From an uncultured Actinomycetota bacterium (GTDB lineage: Bacteria > Actinomycetota > Actinomycetes > Actinomycetales > Micrococcaceae), in NCBI GenBank assembly GCA_963741265.1, contig CAVUHG010000010.1, forward strand, positions 3,132 through 67,131: a stretch of DNA of 64,000 nt, read 5' to 3'. How positions within the stretch are numbered: position 1 is the stretch's first letter; each line of letters opens with the position of its first letter. This document shows positions 19,816 through 29,878 of the stretch, piece by piece. Below the pieces are notes generated by a model, which was not told the origin of the DNA, did not search any database, and saw only the letters and a program-made list of their open reading frames with translations. The translations under genes were made by a program, and so were the position numbers.

Positions 19816-20772
19816 TTAGAATTCGATCTTGACCATGCGGCTGATCCAGAAGGATCCGATGGACATCATGACCCCGCAGGCCCCGATGAGGACCCAGCCC
19901 AACGTGGTCGTCGCCAGGACTGAGATGTATCCGGGGTTGACGAGGTTGATGAACGCCGCGACAAAGAACGGCAGGGCGATCAGGATGTACGCCGAAAACT
20001 TCCCCTCGGCCGCAAGGGCACGCACTTGGCCTTTGATCTGCGCCCGCTCCCGAACGGTCTCGGCAACATGGTCCAGGACACCGGCCAGATCGCCGCCGAC
20101 TTCGCGGTTGATGTCGATCGCCTGGCTGAGCCACTCGAAGTCCTCGCATTGCATCCGCCGGCCAACTTCGGCCATGGACTCCGAAAGCGGCCGGCCGACC
20201 CTGTCCTCGTTCACGATCCGGGAGAGCTCGTCCGACATGGGAGCCGGCATTTCCACACTGGCACTGTGCATGCTCTGGGCGATGCTGTGGCCGGCACGCA
20301 GGCTTCCCGAAAGCGACATCAGCATGTCGCTCAGTTGTGCTTCAAAGGCGGTGCGGCGCCGGCCGGTCTTGGATGCGATGAGTATCCACGCGCCCACGGG
20401 TCCCAGGACCGGCAGCAGCATGGCCAGCAGCAGGCCCTGCAGCACAAAGCCGGCAACTCCCAGCAGGAGGCTGGCCACAAGCAGCAGGACGATGAAATCG
20501 GCCGGGGTAGTCTTTAGTCCGGCCCCGTTGAGGGCGTCACGGCCGAAGGGGCCGCCGCCGCCGGGGCCCACCCGACGCTCGACCGCTGCGACGGTGGCGC
20601 CGCTCAGCCTGGACATGGCCGACGTGTTTCCGGTGGTGGAGAAGGGCCTCCTCCGGTCCACGTGGATGTCCTTGAAGCGGGGGCGGAACGCGACGAAGAG
20701 GGCGAGAACAACGGCCAGCAGGATCAGCACGGCCCCGGCGAGCAGCGCGACGTCGTGGGTCATGGTGCTCAC
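19816..20772 (-). CDS. tadB: Tad pilus platform protein TadB (T2SSF family)
   Basis: SLRAGHS, REVGGDLA, VRALAAEGK. Confidence 0.88.
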   Translation of the reverse strand: MSTMTHDVALLAGAVLILLAVVLALFVAFRPRFKDIHVDRRRPFSTTGNTSAMSRLSGATVAAVERRVGPGGGGPFGRDALNGAGLKTTPADFIVLLLVASLLLGVAGFVLQGLLLAMLLPVLGPVGAWILIASKTGRRRTAFEAQLSDMLMSLSGSLRAGHSIAQSMHSASVEMPAPMSDELSRIVNEDRVGRPLSESMAEVGRRMQCEDFEWLSQAIDINREVGGDLAGVLDHVAETVRERAQIKGQVRALAAEGKFSAYILIALPFFVAAFINLVNPGYISVLATTTLGWVLIGACGVMMSIGSFWISRMVKIEF

Positions 20773-22196
20773 CGTCCCCCGTGCGGAGCGGGCATGAAGA
20801 TTTCACGGGGGAGGCTGATCCCCATATCGGCGAATTTTTCGACGAAGCGCGGGCGGACACCGGTGGGAACGGGTTTTCCGATGAAACGGCCTTCATGGTC
20901 GACGCCGGCTGCGTAGTCGAATACGAAGGCGTCCTGAAGCGTCACAATGTCACCTTCCATTCCGAGGACTTCGGTGATGTGGGTAACCCGGCGTGTGCCA
21001 TCTTTCAGCCGGCTGAGTTGCACGATCAGATGGACTGCACTTGCGATTTGTTCGCGGATGGCCCGCAGAGGAAGATCCATCCCGGCCATCAGGACCAATG
21101 TCTCCATGCGGGCTATGGCATCCCTGGGTGAGTTCGAGTGCACTGTGGAAATGGACCCGTCGTGGCCGGTGTTCATCGCCTGGAGCATGTCCAGCGCTTC
21201 GCCACCGCGCACTTCGCCGACCACGATTCTGTCCGGCCGCATACGCAGGGAGTTCCGGACGAGCTCGCGGATGCCAACGGCACCGCGGCCCTCGACATTC
21301 TCCGGCCGGCTTTCCAGCCGGACCACGTGCTCCTGCTGCAGTTGCAGTTCCACCGCGTCCTCGATGGTGACGATGCGTTCGTCGTCAGGGATGAACGAGG
21401 AGAGGACATTCAGCAGGGTGGTTTTGCCGGTGCCGGTACCACCGGAGACGATGATATTCAGCCGGGCCTGGACACACGCTTCAAGCAGCTGCGCCATGGC
21501 GGGGGAGAGGGAGTCGAATTTGATCAGGTCATTCACTGTCAGGGGTACGGCAGCGAACTTCCGGATGGTCAACGACGGGCCGTCGACCGCGAGGGGCGGA
21601 ATGACGGCATTGACGCGCGATCCGTCCTGAAGCCTGGCGTCAACCAGCGGTGACGATTCGTCGATCCTGCGCCCGACGCGCGAAACAATCCGCTCGATGA
21701 CCTTGCGCAGATGGTCGTCCGAACTGAAAGAGGTTCCGGTCAAATGCAGCCGCCCGCCGCGCTCCACATAGATCCGGTCGTGGCCGTTGACCATGATCTC
21801 GGAGACCAGGGGATCGTCGAGGAGCCGCTGGAGTGGCCCCAGGCCAAGGACTTCGTCCACGATTTCGCGGATCATGCGGCGCCGTTCCTCGGGCGTCAGG
21901 GGGACTTGTTCGTCATCCACGAAGGAGCCGAGAGCCTCACGCACCATCCGCCGCAGATCTTCCTCGTCGAGGCTGTTGTCGGTGATCCGGCTGCCCAGAC
22001 GGACTGTCAGTTCTTCGGCTGCCCGCTTCTTGATGCCCGCGAGGGCATCCGGGGTCGCGGATGGTGCCGCCTTGGCGAACTGACCCAGCAGGTGGCGGCC
22101 CTCGACTTCAGGTGTCCCCGCTGACGCCCCTTGGGCGTCAGCTGCGACACCAGAGGGGGAGATGCGTGCTGTTCCAAGCCGTTCAACGAGACTCAT
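20769..22196 (-). CDS. tadA: CpaF/TadA pilus assembly ATPase
   Basis: GGTGTGKTT, LRMRPDRIVVGEVRG, AMNTGHDG. Confidence 0.94.
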   Translation of the reverse strand: MSLVERLGTARISPSGVAADAQGASAGTPEVEGRHLLGQFAKAAPSATPDALAGIKKRAAEELTVRLGSRITDNSLDEEDLRRMVREALGSFVDDEQVPLTPEERRRMIREIVDEVLGLGPLQRLLDDPLVSEIMVNGHDRIYVERGGRLHLTGTSFSSDDHLRKVIERIVSRVGRRIDESSPLVDARLQDGSRVNAVIPPLAVDGPSLTIRKFAAVPLTVNDLIKFDSLSPAMAQLLEACVQARLNIIVSGGTGTGKTTLLNVLSSFIPDDERIVTIEDAVELQLQQEHVVRLESRPENVEGRGAVGIRELVRNSLRMRPDRIVVGEVRGGEALDMLQAMNTGHDGSISTVHSNSPRDAIARMETLVLMAGMDLPLRAIREQIASAVHLIVQLSRLKDGTRRVTHITEVLGMEGDIVTLQDAFVFDYAAGVDHEGRFIGKPVPTGVRPRFVEKFADMGISLPREIFMPAPHGGR

Positions 22197-23386
22197 GACT
22201 TTTCGCCCTTTCGGGTCCGGTGCTTGGTGGCGGTCGACGACGGGCTAGGACCGAGCCGGTCCACGAGACTCCGAAGTCCCTTGATGGCGGGATCCCGCCG
22301 GTTGTCCTGGAGCAGTGGGATGCCGGAGTTCGTGGAAAACGGCAACGTCCGGGATCGCGGCAACAGGATGTCGACCGGCAGCCCCACCGTGGCCTCAACG
22401 TCCTGGACGCTCAGGCCGCTGCGCCGGTCGGCAAAGTTCAGCACAATCGTGTTGGACGGCGGCATGAGGTCCAATTGCCTCAACACTTCCAACCCGTGAT
22501 TGAGCCCGCGGATGCTGGGGATGTCCATGCCGCAGACCCAGACTCCGTCGGTCGCCAGTTCCAGCACGGCCAGGACCACCTCCCCGAGTCCGGGCGACGT
22601 GTCCAGAATGACGTACGGAAACTCGAGGGAAAGCTGGTTGATCAACGTCGTCACGTGCACGGGCTTGATGAGGTCGGCCTCTGCCGGCCGACGCGGTGCG
22701 CACATGGCGTACACACCGGACGGATGCGGGCTGAGGAAAGCCTTCAAAACCATGGCATCGGTCGACGCTGCTCCAGTGACAGCGTCATTGATGGTGTAGT
22801 CGGGCTGCAGCCCAAGGCCGGAAGCGACATCGCCGAACTGCAGGTCGAGGTCCACAATGACCGCGCCCCTCGGCGCGTGTTTGGCCAGGCCTACGGCGAG
22901 ATTCGTAGCAACGGTGGTCTTCCCCACACCGCCCTTGGGCGACATCACGGAGATCACCCGCCCGCGGGTTCGTTGCTGGTTGCCGTCCTCGGACGTCGCC
23001 TGCTTCCGGGTCGTGGATGTCATGGCCGCGCGTTCCAGGGCCTGGCGCAGCCGCCCGGCCTCGGTTTCCGGGGCAATGACATCGCGGATGCCGGATCGCA
23101 TGGCGGCAAGGGCCAGATCGGCCGTCGAGACAGCGGCGAGCACCACAACGATGTCCGGATACAGCTGGTCCAGTCCGGTCGCCAGGATGAGCGCCCGCTC
23201 CGTGTCGACGTCGGGGCCGAAGATCATTACGTCGACGGGCCCGCCCAGGTTTCGGGCCAGAACGTGGGCCGGGGTGCCTCCCGCGGTGCTGGCCGCCAGC
23301 ACCTGGACCTCATGGGCGCCTCCCAGTGCTGTGGCGAGGTGGCGCTCGAACTCTGCTGATGAGGTCAGCGCCAGATACCGGCTCAT
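22193..23386 (-). CDS. cpaE: CpaE/TadZ (receiver-like domain plus MinD/ParA ATPase)
   Basis: SPKGGVGKTT, DLDLQFGD; AMRSGIRDVI receiver-like segment. Confidence 0.85.
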   Translation of the reverse strand: MSRYLALTSSAEFERHLATALGGAHEVQVLAASTAGGTPAHVLARNLGGPVDVMIFGPDVDTERALILATGLDQLYPDIVVVLAAVSTADLALAAMRSGIRDVIAPETEAGRLRQALERAAMTSTTRKQATSEDGNQQRTRGRVISVMSPKGGVGKTTVATNLAVGLAKHAPRGAVIVDLDLQFGDVASGLGLQPDYTINDAVTGAASTDAMVLKAFLSPHPSGVYAMCAPRRPAEADLIKPVHVTTLINQLSLEFPYVILDTSPGLGEVVLAVLELATDGVWVCGMDIPSIRGLNHGLEVLRQLDLMPPSNTIVLNFADRRSGLSVQDVEATVGLPVDILLPRSRTLPFSTNSGIPLLQDNRRDPAIKGLRSLVDRLGPSPSSTATKHRTRKGEKS

Positions 23387-24111
23387 TGGAAGATCCCGCT
23401 GGTAGTGACGGCTGTGCGCTCGCTGGGCGGGGTTTGTGGCGTCTGCTTGGTCAGCCAGATATTGCCCGTGCGGGCACTCAGGATGATTTTTGCGGCGTCA
23501 GTCGAATTCCGGGCCAGGGTCACGAACGAGGAACCACCCGGAACAGCCGACGTTCCCTCCGCCGTGTTTTCGGCGCTGGGTGGTGCCTGCTGGATAGCCG
23601 TCACCAGCACCTTGTCGAACACCAGCTGCGTGCTGGAAATTTGAGGAGCCGACGGATCTGCCTGGGTGACAAAGAGCCCCACCAGGTCGCCGGCCCGGAG
23701 CGTGCCGCCAACCACACTCTCCGGCGGCAAGAGGATGGTGACTTCCTGCATACCATCTGGGACTTCAACCGCCCCCGGAGTAGTCAGTTGCGAGGGGTCC
23801 ACGAGCCGGCTGGCCAGCAGCTGTTCCCCTGGTTCCAGGCCCACGGTGGTTACTTGTCCGCCGGACCCGTCCAGCGAAGACAGGGCCCCGACGGCTTTCG
23901 CGGCGCCTGGGATCGAGCGCAGCCGGACGTAGGAACTCAGCTCTTCGACTTTTGTCCCGGCCGGAACCGGTGTATCGACGACGATGACGTCGACGGGTTC
24001 GAGCGAAGCTTGGGCCCGGCGGTCTGCATTCGACACGTAATTCACCAACATCAGGGTGCCTACGATCGCCAGGACAAGCGCCGTTATGCCCCCGATCAAA
24101 CGTGATTTCAT
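23383..24111 (-). CDS. cpaB: Flp pilus assembly protein CpaB/RcpC (SAF domain)
   Basis: N-terminal TM, VPAGT, PGEQL, GGTLRAGDLV; GAGGA RBS. Confidence 0.85.
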   Translation of the reverse strand: MKSRLIGGITALVLAIVGTLMLVNYVSNADRRAQASLEPVDVIVVDTPVPAGTKVEELSSYVRLRSIPGAAKAVGALSSLDGSGGQVTTVGLEPGEQLLASRLVDPSQLTTPGAVEVPDGMQEVTILLPPESVVGGTLRAGDLVGLFVTQADPSAPQISSTQLVFDKVLVTAIQQAPPSAENTAEGTSAVPGGSSFVTLARNSTDAAKIILSARTGNIWLTKQTPQTPPSERTAVTTSGIFQ

Positions 24112-24189
24112 GATTGCTTCCTCACCTTTTTGGTACACCTCAACAATGCGTGGACGCACGCGGTTGCGTCAGATTGTGTAATAACGCCG

Positions 24190-24225
24190 CTGCCGGCTGT
24201 CCCCGGTGTGGCGGACAGCCGGCAG
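24190..24225 (-). terminator. Strong hairpin downstream of flp (partial terminator or mRNA stabiliser)
   Basis: 13-bp perfect stem ctgccggctgtcc/ggacagccggcag; no U-tract. Confidence 0.55.
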
Positions 24226-24246
24226 GGTGGCAGGCGGTGGGCGGTG

Positions 24247-24444
24247 CTAGTCGACCTTTCCGGCGACGTTGGTGAACAAGGTGTGGAGGTTGCCGCCAAG
24301 GAGGGTGACCGCTCCGACGATTACAACTGCGATCAGGGCGACCATGATGCCGTATTCAACGGCGGTGGCGCCCTTTTCCTCTTCCGAGATGCGGGCCTTG
24401 ATACCAGAGACGAAAGTGAGCATTGAGACCATGAGACCAGTCAT
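24247..24444 (-). CDS. flp: Flp family type IVb/c major pilin
   Basis: EEKG/ATAVEYGIMVALIAVVI Flp motif; AAGGA RBS. Confidence 0.92.
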   Translation of the reverse strand: MTGLMVSMLTFVSGIKARISEEEKGATAVEYGIMVALIAVVIVGAVTLLGGNLHTLFTNVAGKVD

Positions 24445-24593
24445 TGTATTTTCCTTTTCCAGAGTTTCGAATATTGAACGAAATTCCAGCAAATCCCCTT
24501 TGCTTATTCGCTGGAGTTCCGTTGGTAAAACATTTGCACGGCCATTCAGAGCTGCGCAATGACAACGGATACTCGACTTTTTTGGGGGGATTT

Positions 24594-24661
24594 GGGCCAC
24601 TACTTGCCCGCAAAAGGGTGGTGTACTCAGTTTCACGCGTGTTGGAGCGGGCCACTACTTG
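24594..24661. promoter_or_regulatory. 13-bp direct repeat GGGCCACTACTTG x2 upstream of flp
   Basis: Exact copies at 24594-24606 and 24649-24661, 55 bp apart. Confidence 0.55.
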
Positions 24662-24712
24662 GTTTGCTAAGACAGCTTGCTATTTAGGCACCCGGGCGGG
24701 CGCGTGCAGGGC

Positions 24713-25378
24713 CTAGGAAAGCAGCAGGATGACGGCGAGCACTGCCGCCAGCATGGACGGGCCGTAGGCCACTTCCTTCGGCTTGTTCCCGCGGTTCTTC
24801 AGCACGAGAACCAGTGCGGAGAGGCCGCCGGCCACGAAACCCAGGGCCCCGCCGTAGAACAGCTGGGACCAGCCTAGGTAGCCTAAGTACAGCCCGAGTG
24901 GCGCTGCGAGCTTCACATCGCCCATTCCGAGGCCGTTTCGGCTGGTCAGGGCAAGAATCAGGTACAAAACGAACAATATTACGGAGCCCGCGATGCCGCG
25001 CAGCAGGTTTTCCGAAGCTCCATGTGCTGCAGCGGCGGCGGTCAGCAGTATCAGTCCGGCTCCCAGTAGAGGGCCTACGAGCCGGTCGGGCAGCAGGTGG
25101 TGGACGATATCGATCCGGCCCAGCTGCACGCCGGCAACTCCCAGCACCAGGTAGGCGGCCAGCTCCGGGGTGGCGCCGAAGCGCCACGCGAGCAGGGCCG
25201 ACAAAACCAAGGTGATGGCCGCCGTCGTGATTCTGGGCCGCAGGGACGGTGCGCCGGCAAGGTCCGGCAGTGTGCGGCGGACGGCGAAGTCGGCCAGCAG
25301 TCCCAGTCCCAGCCCCAGGGCCCCGATTCCTGCCACGAAGAGCGCGGCGACGGAGTCTGAAACGGCGGGGTCGGACAC
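24713..25378 (-). CDS. Prepilin peptidase (A24, TadV/CpaA)
   Basis: IDIVHHLLPD and GLGMGDVKL aspartate motifs; GTG after GGAGG. Confidence 0.88.
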   Translation of the reverse strand: MSDPAVSDSVAALFVAGIGALGLGLGLLADFAVRRTLPDLAGAPSLRPRITTAAITLVLSALLAWRFGATPELAAYLVLGVAGVQLGRIDIVHHLLPDRLVGPLLGAGLILLTAAAAAHGASENLLRGIAGSVILFVLYLILALTSRNGLGMGDVKLAAPLGLYLGYLGWSQLFYGGALGFVAGGLSALVLVLKNRGNKPKEVAYGPSMLAAVLAVILLLS

Positions 25379-25436
25379 GGTGCCTCCAGGGACGCGGCGG
25401 GCCGGCGGCGGGCAGGATGCATCCGGACACCCCATT

Positions 25437-25466
25437 TTGACCCAGCGGCCCGTCTTCCGCTATTCT
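25437..25466 (+). promoter_or_regulatory. Putative sigma-A promoter of rplM-rpsI
   Basis: TTGACC-18 bp-TATTCT. Confidence 0.55.
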
Positions 25467-25674
25467 TGGTAGTCGTTGTGCGTGTCCTTTCTCGATGATG
25501 CGTGCCCGTATGAGAATCCGGTTGCAGGATAGCTACTCATCGTGCACATTCGGGACCATAGGACTACTGGTTACATGGAGCCCTCACCTCTGTTCCGGTA
25601 GCGCATAGATAGTAGGTGCACCTTAAGCGTGACGCCTAAAACAAGAACGCCAGAACAAGAACGAGGCAAACACC

Positions 25675-26118
25675 GTGCGTACGTACACCCCGAAGCCCGG
25701 CGATATCAACCGCCAGTGGCATGTCATTGACGCCACAGACGTTGTCCTTGGTCGTCTCGCGAGCCAGACCGCAATCCTGCTGCGCGGCAAGCACAAGGCC
25801 ACCTTTGCGTCCCACATGGACATGGGCGACTTCGTCATCATCATCAACGCTGAAAAGGTTGCCCTGACCGGCGCCAAGCTGGAGCAGAAGCGCGCATACC
25901 GCCACTCCGGTTACCCGGGCGGCCTGACCTCCGTCAACTACGCAGAGCTGCTGGAATCCAACCCGGTCCGCGCTGTGGAGAAGGCCATCAAGGGCATGCT
26001 CCCGAAGAACTCCCTCGCTGCACAGCAGCTGGGCAAGCTGAAGGTCTACCGCGGTGCAGAGCACCCGCACGCCGCTCAGCAGCCCAAGACTTTTGAAATC
26101 ACCCAGGTCGCCCAGTAG
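25675..26118 (+). CDS. rplM: 50S ribosomal protein L13
   Basis: WHVIDA..LGRLA; HSGYPGG. Confidence 0.97.
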   Translation: MRTYTPKPGDINRQWHVIDATDVVLGRLASQTAILLRGKHKATFASHMDMGDFVIIINAEKVALTGAKLEQKRAYRHSGYPGGLTSVNYAELLESNPVRAVEKAIKGMLPKNSLAAQQLGKLKVYRGAEHPHAAQQPKTFEITQVAQ

Positions 26119-26156
26119 TCCTGGCCACCAAACAACTTATCTATACAAGGAGAATC

Positions 26157-26663
26157 GTGGCTCAGAACGAAGAGACCACCGAGGCCGTTGTGGCTGAGGA
26201 AAACCTGACCAGCTACACCTCGGAAAGCGGTCCTGCGGAAGCAGAAGCGCCCAAGAAGGAACGCCCGGCACTGACCGTCGCCGGCGCAGCAGTTGGCCGC
26301 CGCAAGGAAGCCGTTGCACGCGTTCGCGTTGTGCCCGGCTCCGGCAAGTGGATCATCAACGGCCGCGAACTGGCCAACTACTTCCCGAACAAGCTGCACC
26401 AGCAGGACGTCAACGAGCCCTTCAAGATCCTCGATCTTGATGGCGCATACGACGTCATTGCCCGCATCCACGGTGGTGGCATCTCCGGCCAGGCCGGCGC
26501 CCTGCGCCTCGGCATCGCCCGTTCACTGAACGAGATCGACACCGAGAACAACCGCGCCACCCTGAAGAAGGCCGGTTACCTGCGCCGTGACGCCCGCGTC
26601 ATCGAGCGTAAGAAGGCTGGTCTCAAGAAGGCCCGTAAGGCTCAGCAGTACTCGAAGCGTTAA
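26157..26663 (+). CDS. rpsI: 30S ribosomal protein S9
   Basis: [10 protein letters not shown]; [19 protein letters not shown]. Confidence 0.97.
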   Translation: MAQNEETTEAVVAEENLTSYTSESGPAEAEAPKKERPALTVAGAAVGRRKEAVARVRVVPGSGKWIINGRELANYFPNKLHQQDVNEPFKILDLDGAYDVIARIHGGGISGQAGALRLGIARSLNEIDTENNRATLKKAGYLRRDARVIERKKAGLKKARKAQQYSKR

Positions 26664-26672
26664 TTCCGCTTC

Positions 26673-26709
26673 CGGAAGCCCGTCCCGCATTTTGCGGGGC
26701 GGGCTTCCG
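26673..26709 (+). terminator. Hairpin after rpsI
   Basis: cggaagcccgtcccgca-ttt-tgcggggcgggcttccg. Confidence 0.7.
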
Positions 26710-26886
26710 CCGTTTAACGGCCTCTCGAGGTGGCGCCGCGGCGTCTGTGAACAAGCGATAGGGAAATGCCCAGGCCGCCAGCGCGACGGGGGTTTGGGAA
26801 ACCATCAACAATGACCTGCGCATTCGGGTTGCTGGATAATATTGCTATTTCATGTCAAACGGCCCCGCTCCGTGTCAGCATGTAGC

Positions 26887-27807
26887 ATGACGAATAGTGC
26901 TGGCCCTGATTCGAACCTTTCGAGCACGCCTGTGAGAAGCGCACGTGCTTTCGGCGAAAAGTTTCCTTTGGCGACCCGGTTGGCGCTCGTCCTATTCTGG
27001 TTTCTGGGTTTACTGACGGCATACATAAGCTTCCGGGCCGCAACCGTAAGCGGCGTACTGGGGCAGGACGCCCATGCTTATTGGTTCGCAGCGCAGGGCG
27101 AACTGGTTTATTCGCGGGTGCCCGGGCAGAAAGATGCCTACCTCTATTCCCCTGTTTTCCTTTCCGTGATCAGACCCCTCGCTATGTTGCCGTGGCCAAT
27201 TTTCCTGGCGGTATGGATCGGCTTGGAGGCCGCGGTCCTCATCTGGCTGGTACGGCCGCTGCAGGCAAGATGGGCAATCCCAATCTTCCTGCTGTGCCTG
27301 CAGGAGCTCGTAGTCGGCAACATCTACGCGTTCCTCGCGGGTGCTGCGGTAATTGGGATGCGGAGTCCGGCCGTATGGTCGTTTCCGATCCTGACGAAGG
27401 TAACCACCGGTGTCGGACTTCTATGGTTTGCCGTACGCGGGGAATGGCGTCGTTTGCTGCACGGTACTGGCGCAGTGGCCCTTATCGTCGCCATTTCTTA
27501 TGCTCTGGAGCCGGCTCAATGGCAAGCGTGGATTCACTTCTTGCTGCACAACAGGGAGGGGACACCGGACAACACCATTAGCTTTATTTTGCGTTGTTCT
27601 CTGGCCGTTGTCTTAGTAGTACTCGGTGCGCGCAAGAATTGGCCGTGGCTTATTGCCCCCGCAATGGTCATGGCTTCTCCTGTACTCGTCGGCCTCATCC
27701 CACTAACGCTCTTGGCGGCAATCCCCAGACTCGCAATCCCAGGACCGACAGGCCGCGACCGGGCTGATTCGTTGGCTGAATCCCGGCAACGTGTACCCGG
27801 TCCCTAG
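26887..27807 (+). CDS. GT-C fold membrane glycosyltransferase (GT87/DUF2029-like)
   Basis: DAHAYW and YLYSP motifs, GNI, TKVT; multiple TM helices. Confidence 0.65.
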   Translation: MTNSAGPDSNLSSTPVRSARAFGEKFPLATRLALVLFWFLGLLTAYISFRAATVSGVLGQDAHAYWFAAQGELVYSRVPGQKDAYLYSPVFLSVIRPLAMLPWPIFLAVWIGLEAAVLIWLVRPLQARWAIPIFLLCLQELVVGNIYAFLAGAAVIGMRSPAVWSFPILTKVTTGVGLLWFAVRGEWRRLLHGTGAVALIVAISYALEPAQWQAWIHFLLHNREGTPDNTISFILRCSLAVVLVVLGARKNWPWLIAPAMVMASPVLVGLIPLTLLAAIPRLAIPGPTGRDRADSLAESRQRVPGP

Positions 27808-28046
27808 GTTGTTGGCGCCGGCTGGTGCGTGGATTGCCTGCGCCTCGCCGAAGGGTCCTCCCGGAAGTTCCAGGCCGGCATCGAAAGCCACCCGCCGAAC
27901 CGCCCACCGTCCCACCGACTGCCGACTCAGATGGCTGCCCGCGCCGGCGCTTAACCCGCATATCGGCCTGTGTTCCTGCCTGGAAACAGGATCCGCGGAG
28001 ACAAGGAGTACCGGACTTGCTCCGACCGTCGTCTAAACTTGACCCG

Positions 28047-29413
28047 ATGTCTAGATTATTTGGAACAGATGGTGTCCGAGGCTTGGCGAACGGCCTGCTG
28101 ACTGCCGAGCTGGCGTTGCAGCTGGCCCAGGCCGCCGCCGTCGTGCTGGGCCACGACCGCAATACCAACGGAACACGGCCCCGCGCCGTGGTTGCCCGCG
28201 ATCCGCGCGCCAGCGGCGAGTTCCTCGCGGCCGCCGTGGAAGCCGGGCTCTCAAGTTCCGGCATCGACGTTTATGACGCCGGTGTGCTCCCCACCCCGGC
28301 AGCTGCCTACCTGGTGGCCGATCTGGACGCGGACTTCGGCGTGATGATCTCCGCGTCGCACAACCCCGCCCCTGACAACGGGATCAAGTTCTTCGCCCGC
28401 GGCGGGCAGAAGCTTCCCGACGACGTCGAGGACGCCATCGAGGAGCAGCTGGGCAAGGAGCCGTTCCGGCCGCTTGGCGGCGAAGTCGGCCGCATCCAGC
28501 GTTTCTCCGATGCCGAAGACCGCTACATCGTGCACCTGCTCGGCACCCTCCCGTACCGCCTGGACGGGCTCAAGGTCGTCCTGGACTGCGCCCACGGCGC
28601 CGCCAGCGGTTGCTCCCCCCAGGTCTTCAAGGACGCCGGCGCGGACGTCATCGTCATCGGCGCGGAGCCTGACGGCCTCAACATCAATGAGGGCGTCGGT
28701 TCCACCCACCTCGGCCCGCTGCGGAGCGCAGTCCTGGAACACGGCGCGGATCTGGGCATCGCCCACGACGGCGACGCGGACCGCTGCCTTGCGGTGGACC
28801 ACGAAGGCAACGTTGTCGACGGGGACGAAATCATGGCCATCCTCGCCGTCGCGCTGAAGGCTTCAGGCAAGCTGAAGGACGACGTCCTGGTGGCTACCGT
28901 CATGAGCAACCTCGGTCTCAAGATCGCGCTGCGCGAGGCGGGCATCAGCCTGCGCGAAACCGGGGTGGGTGACCGCTACGTCCTCGAGGGAATGCGCGAG
29001 GGCGGCTTCAACCTCGGCGGGGAACAGTCCGGGCATGTGATCTTCGCTGACCACGCCACAACCGGCGACGGCGTCCTGACCGGCCTGCAGATTGCCGCGC
29101 AGGTGGCCCTGACCGGACGTCCGCTGAAGGACCTCGCCACCGTGATGACCAAGCTCCCGCAGGTCCTCATCAACGTCAAGGGCGTCGACCGCACACGGGT
29201 GAAGGGCGACGTGGCCGTGGCCGAGGCCGTTGCCCTCGCCGAAGCCGAGCTCGGCGACACCGGACGGGTCCTGCTGCGTCCTTCCGGCACCGAGCCGGTT
29301 GTGCGCGTTATGGTCGAGGCCGCGGACGAGGAAGACGGCGCCCGCAGATGTGGCCGAACGCCTGGCACAGGTGGTCCGGACCGAACTGGCCCTGGCGCTC
29401 GCGTCAGACATGA
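28047..29413 (+). CDS. glmM: Phosphoglucosamine mutase (apparent frameshift at ~29335; end approximate)
   Basis: [34 protein letters not shown]; the terminal helix [13 protein letters not shown] lies in the +1 frame. Confidence 0.93.
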
Positions 29414-29799
29414 GTTTTCTCTATCCGGAGGGCGTCCCGGATCTCCGTCAGCAGCGCGATCTGCGGGTCCTCTGCGGCCTCTTCCTTGACGTCCTCGCTG
29501 ATCCCGAGCCGGCGGTTGCGGCGCTCGATCATGTGGTTCATGGGCAGGATCACCACGAAGTAGACTGATGCGCCGATCAGCAGGAACGAAATCACGGCTG
29601 AAATCACGGAGCCGTACTTAAAGCCCTCCCAGGCCATCTCCTCGATCCCCTTGGCGTTGAAGAGCTTCCCGATGAGCGGGGTCAGCAGGCCTTCCACGAT
29701 GGACGTCACGACTGCCCCGAAAGCGGCAGCCATGACGACGGCGACGGCAAGGTCGATGACGTTGCCCTTCATGATGAAATTCTTGAATCCAGTCAGCAT
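29404..29799 (-). CDS. mscL: Large-conductance mechanosensitive channel
   Basis: [18 protein letters not shown]; LLTEIRDAL. Confidence 0.92.
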   Translation of the reverse strand: MLTGFKNFIMKGNVIDLAVAVVMAAAFGAVVTSIVEGLLTPLIGKLFNAKGIEEMAWEGFKYGSVISAVISFLLIGASVYFVVILPMNHMIERRNRRLGISEDVKEEAAEDPQIALLTEIRDALRIEKTHV

Positions 29800-29878
29800 G
29801 GACTCCAAGCTAGCGCAGTCCTGTGAACTCGGTGTGACGGGCAGGTAAGCTCGGCGTCCCGTGTACGCGTCTTCGCCG

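Noticed and set aside
24445-24712. c-di-GMP riboswitch upstream of flp
   Set aside because: A lone GCAAACC is present, but the GNRA-capped P2 and GCAAAG/receptor layout are not recognisable.
14155-25435. Prophage or ICE origin of the Tad island
   Set aside because: No integrase, relaxase, tRNA or flanking direct repeats found.
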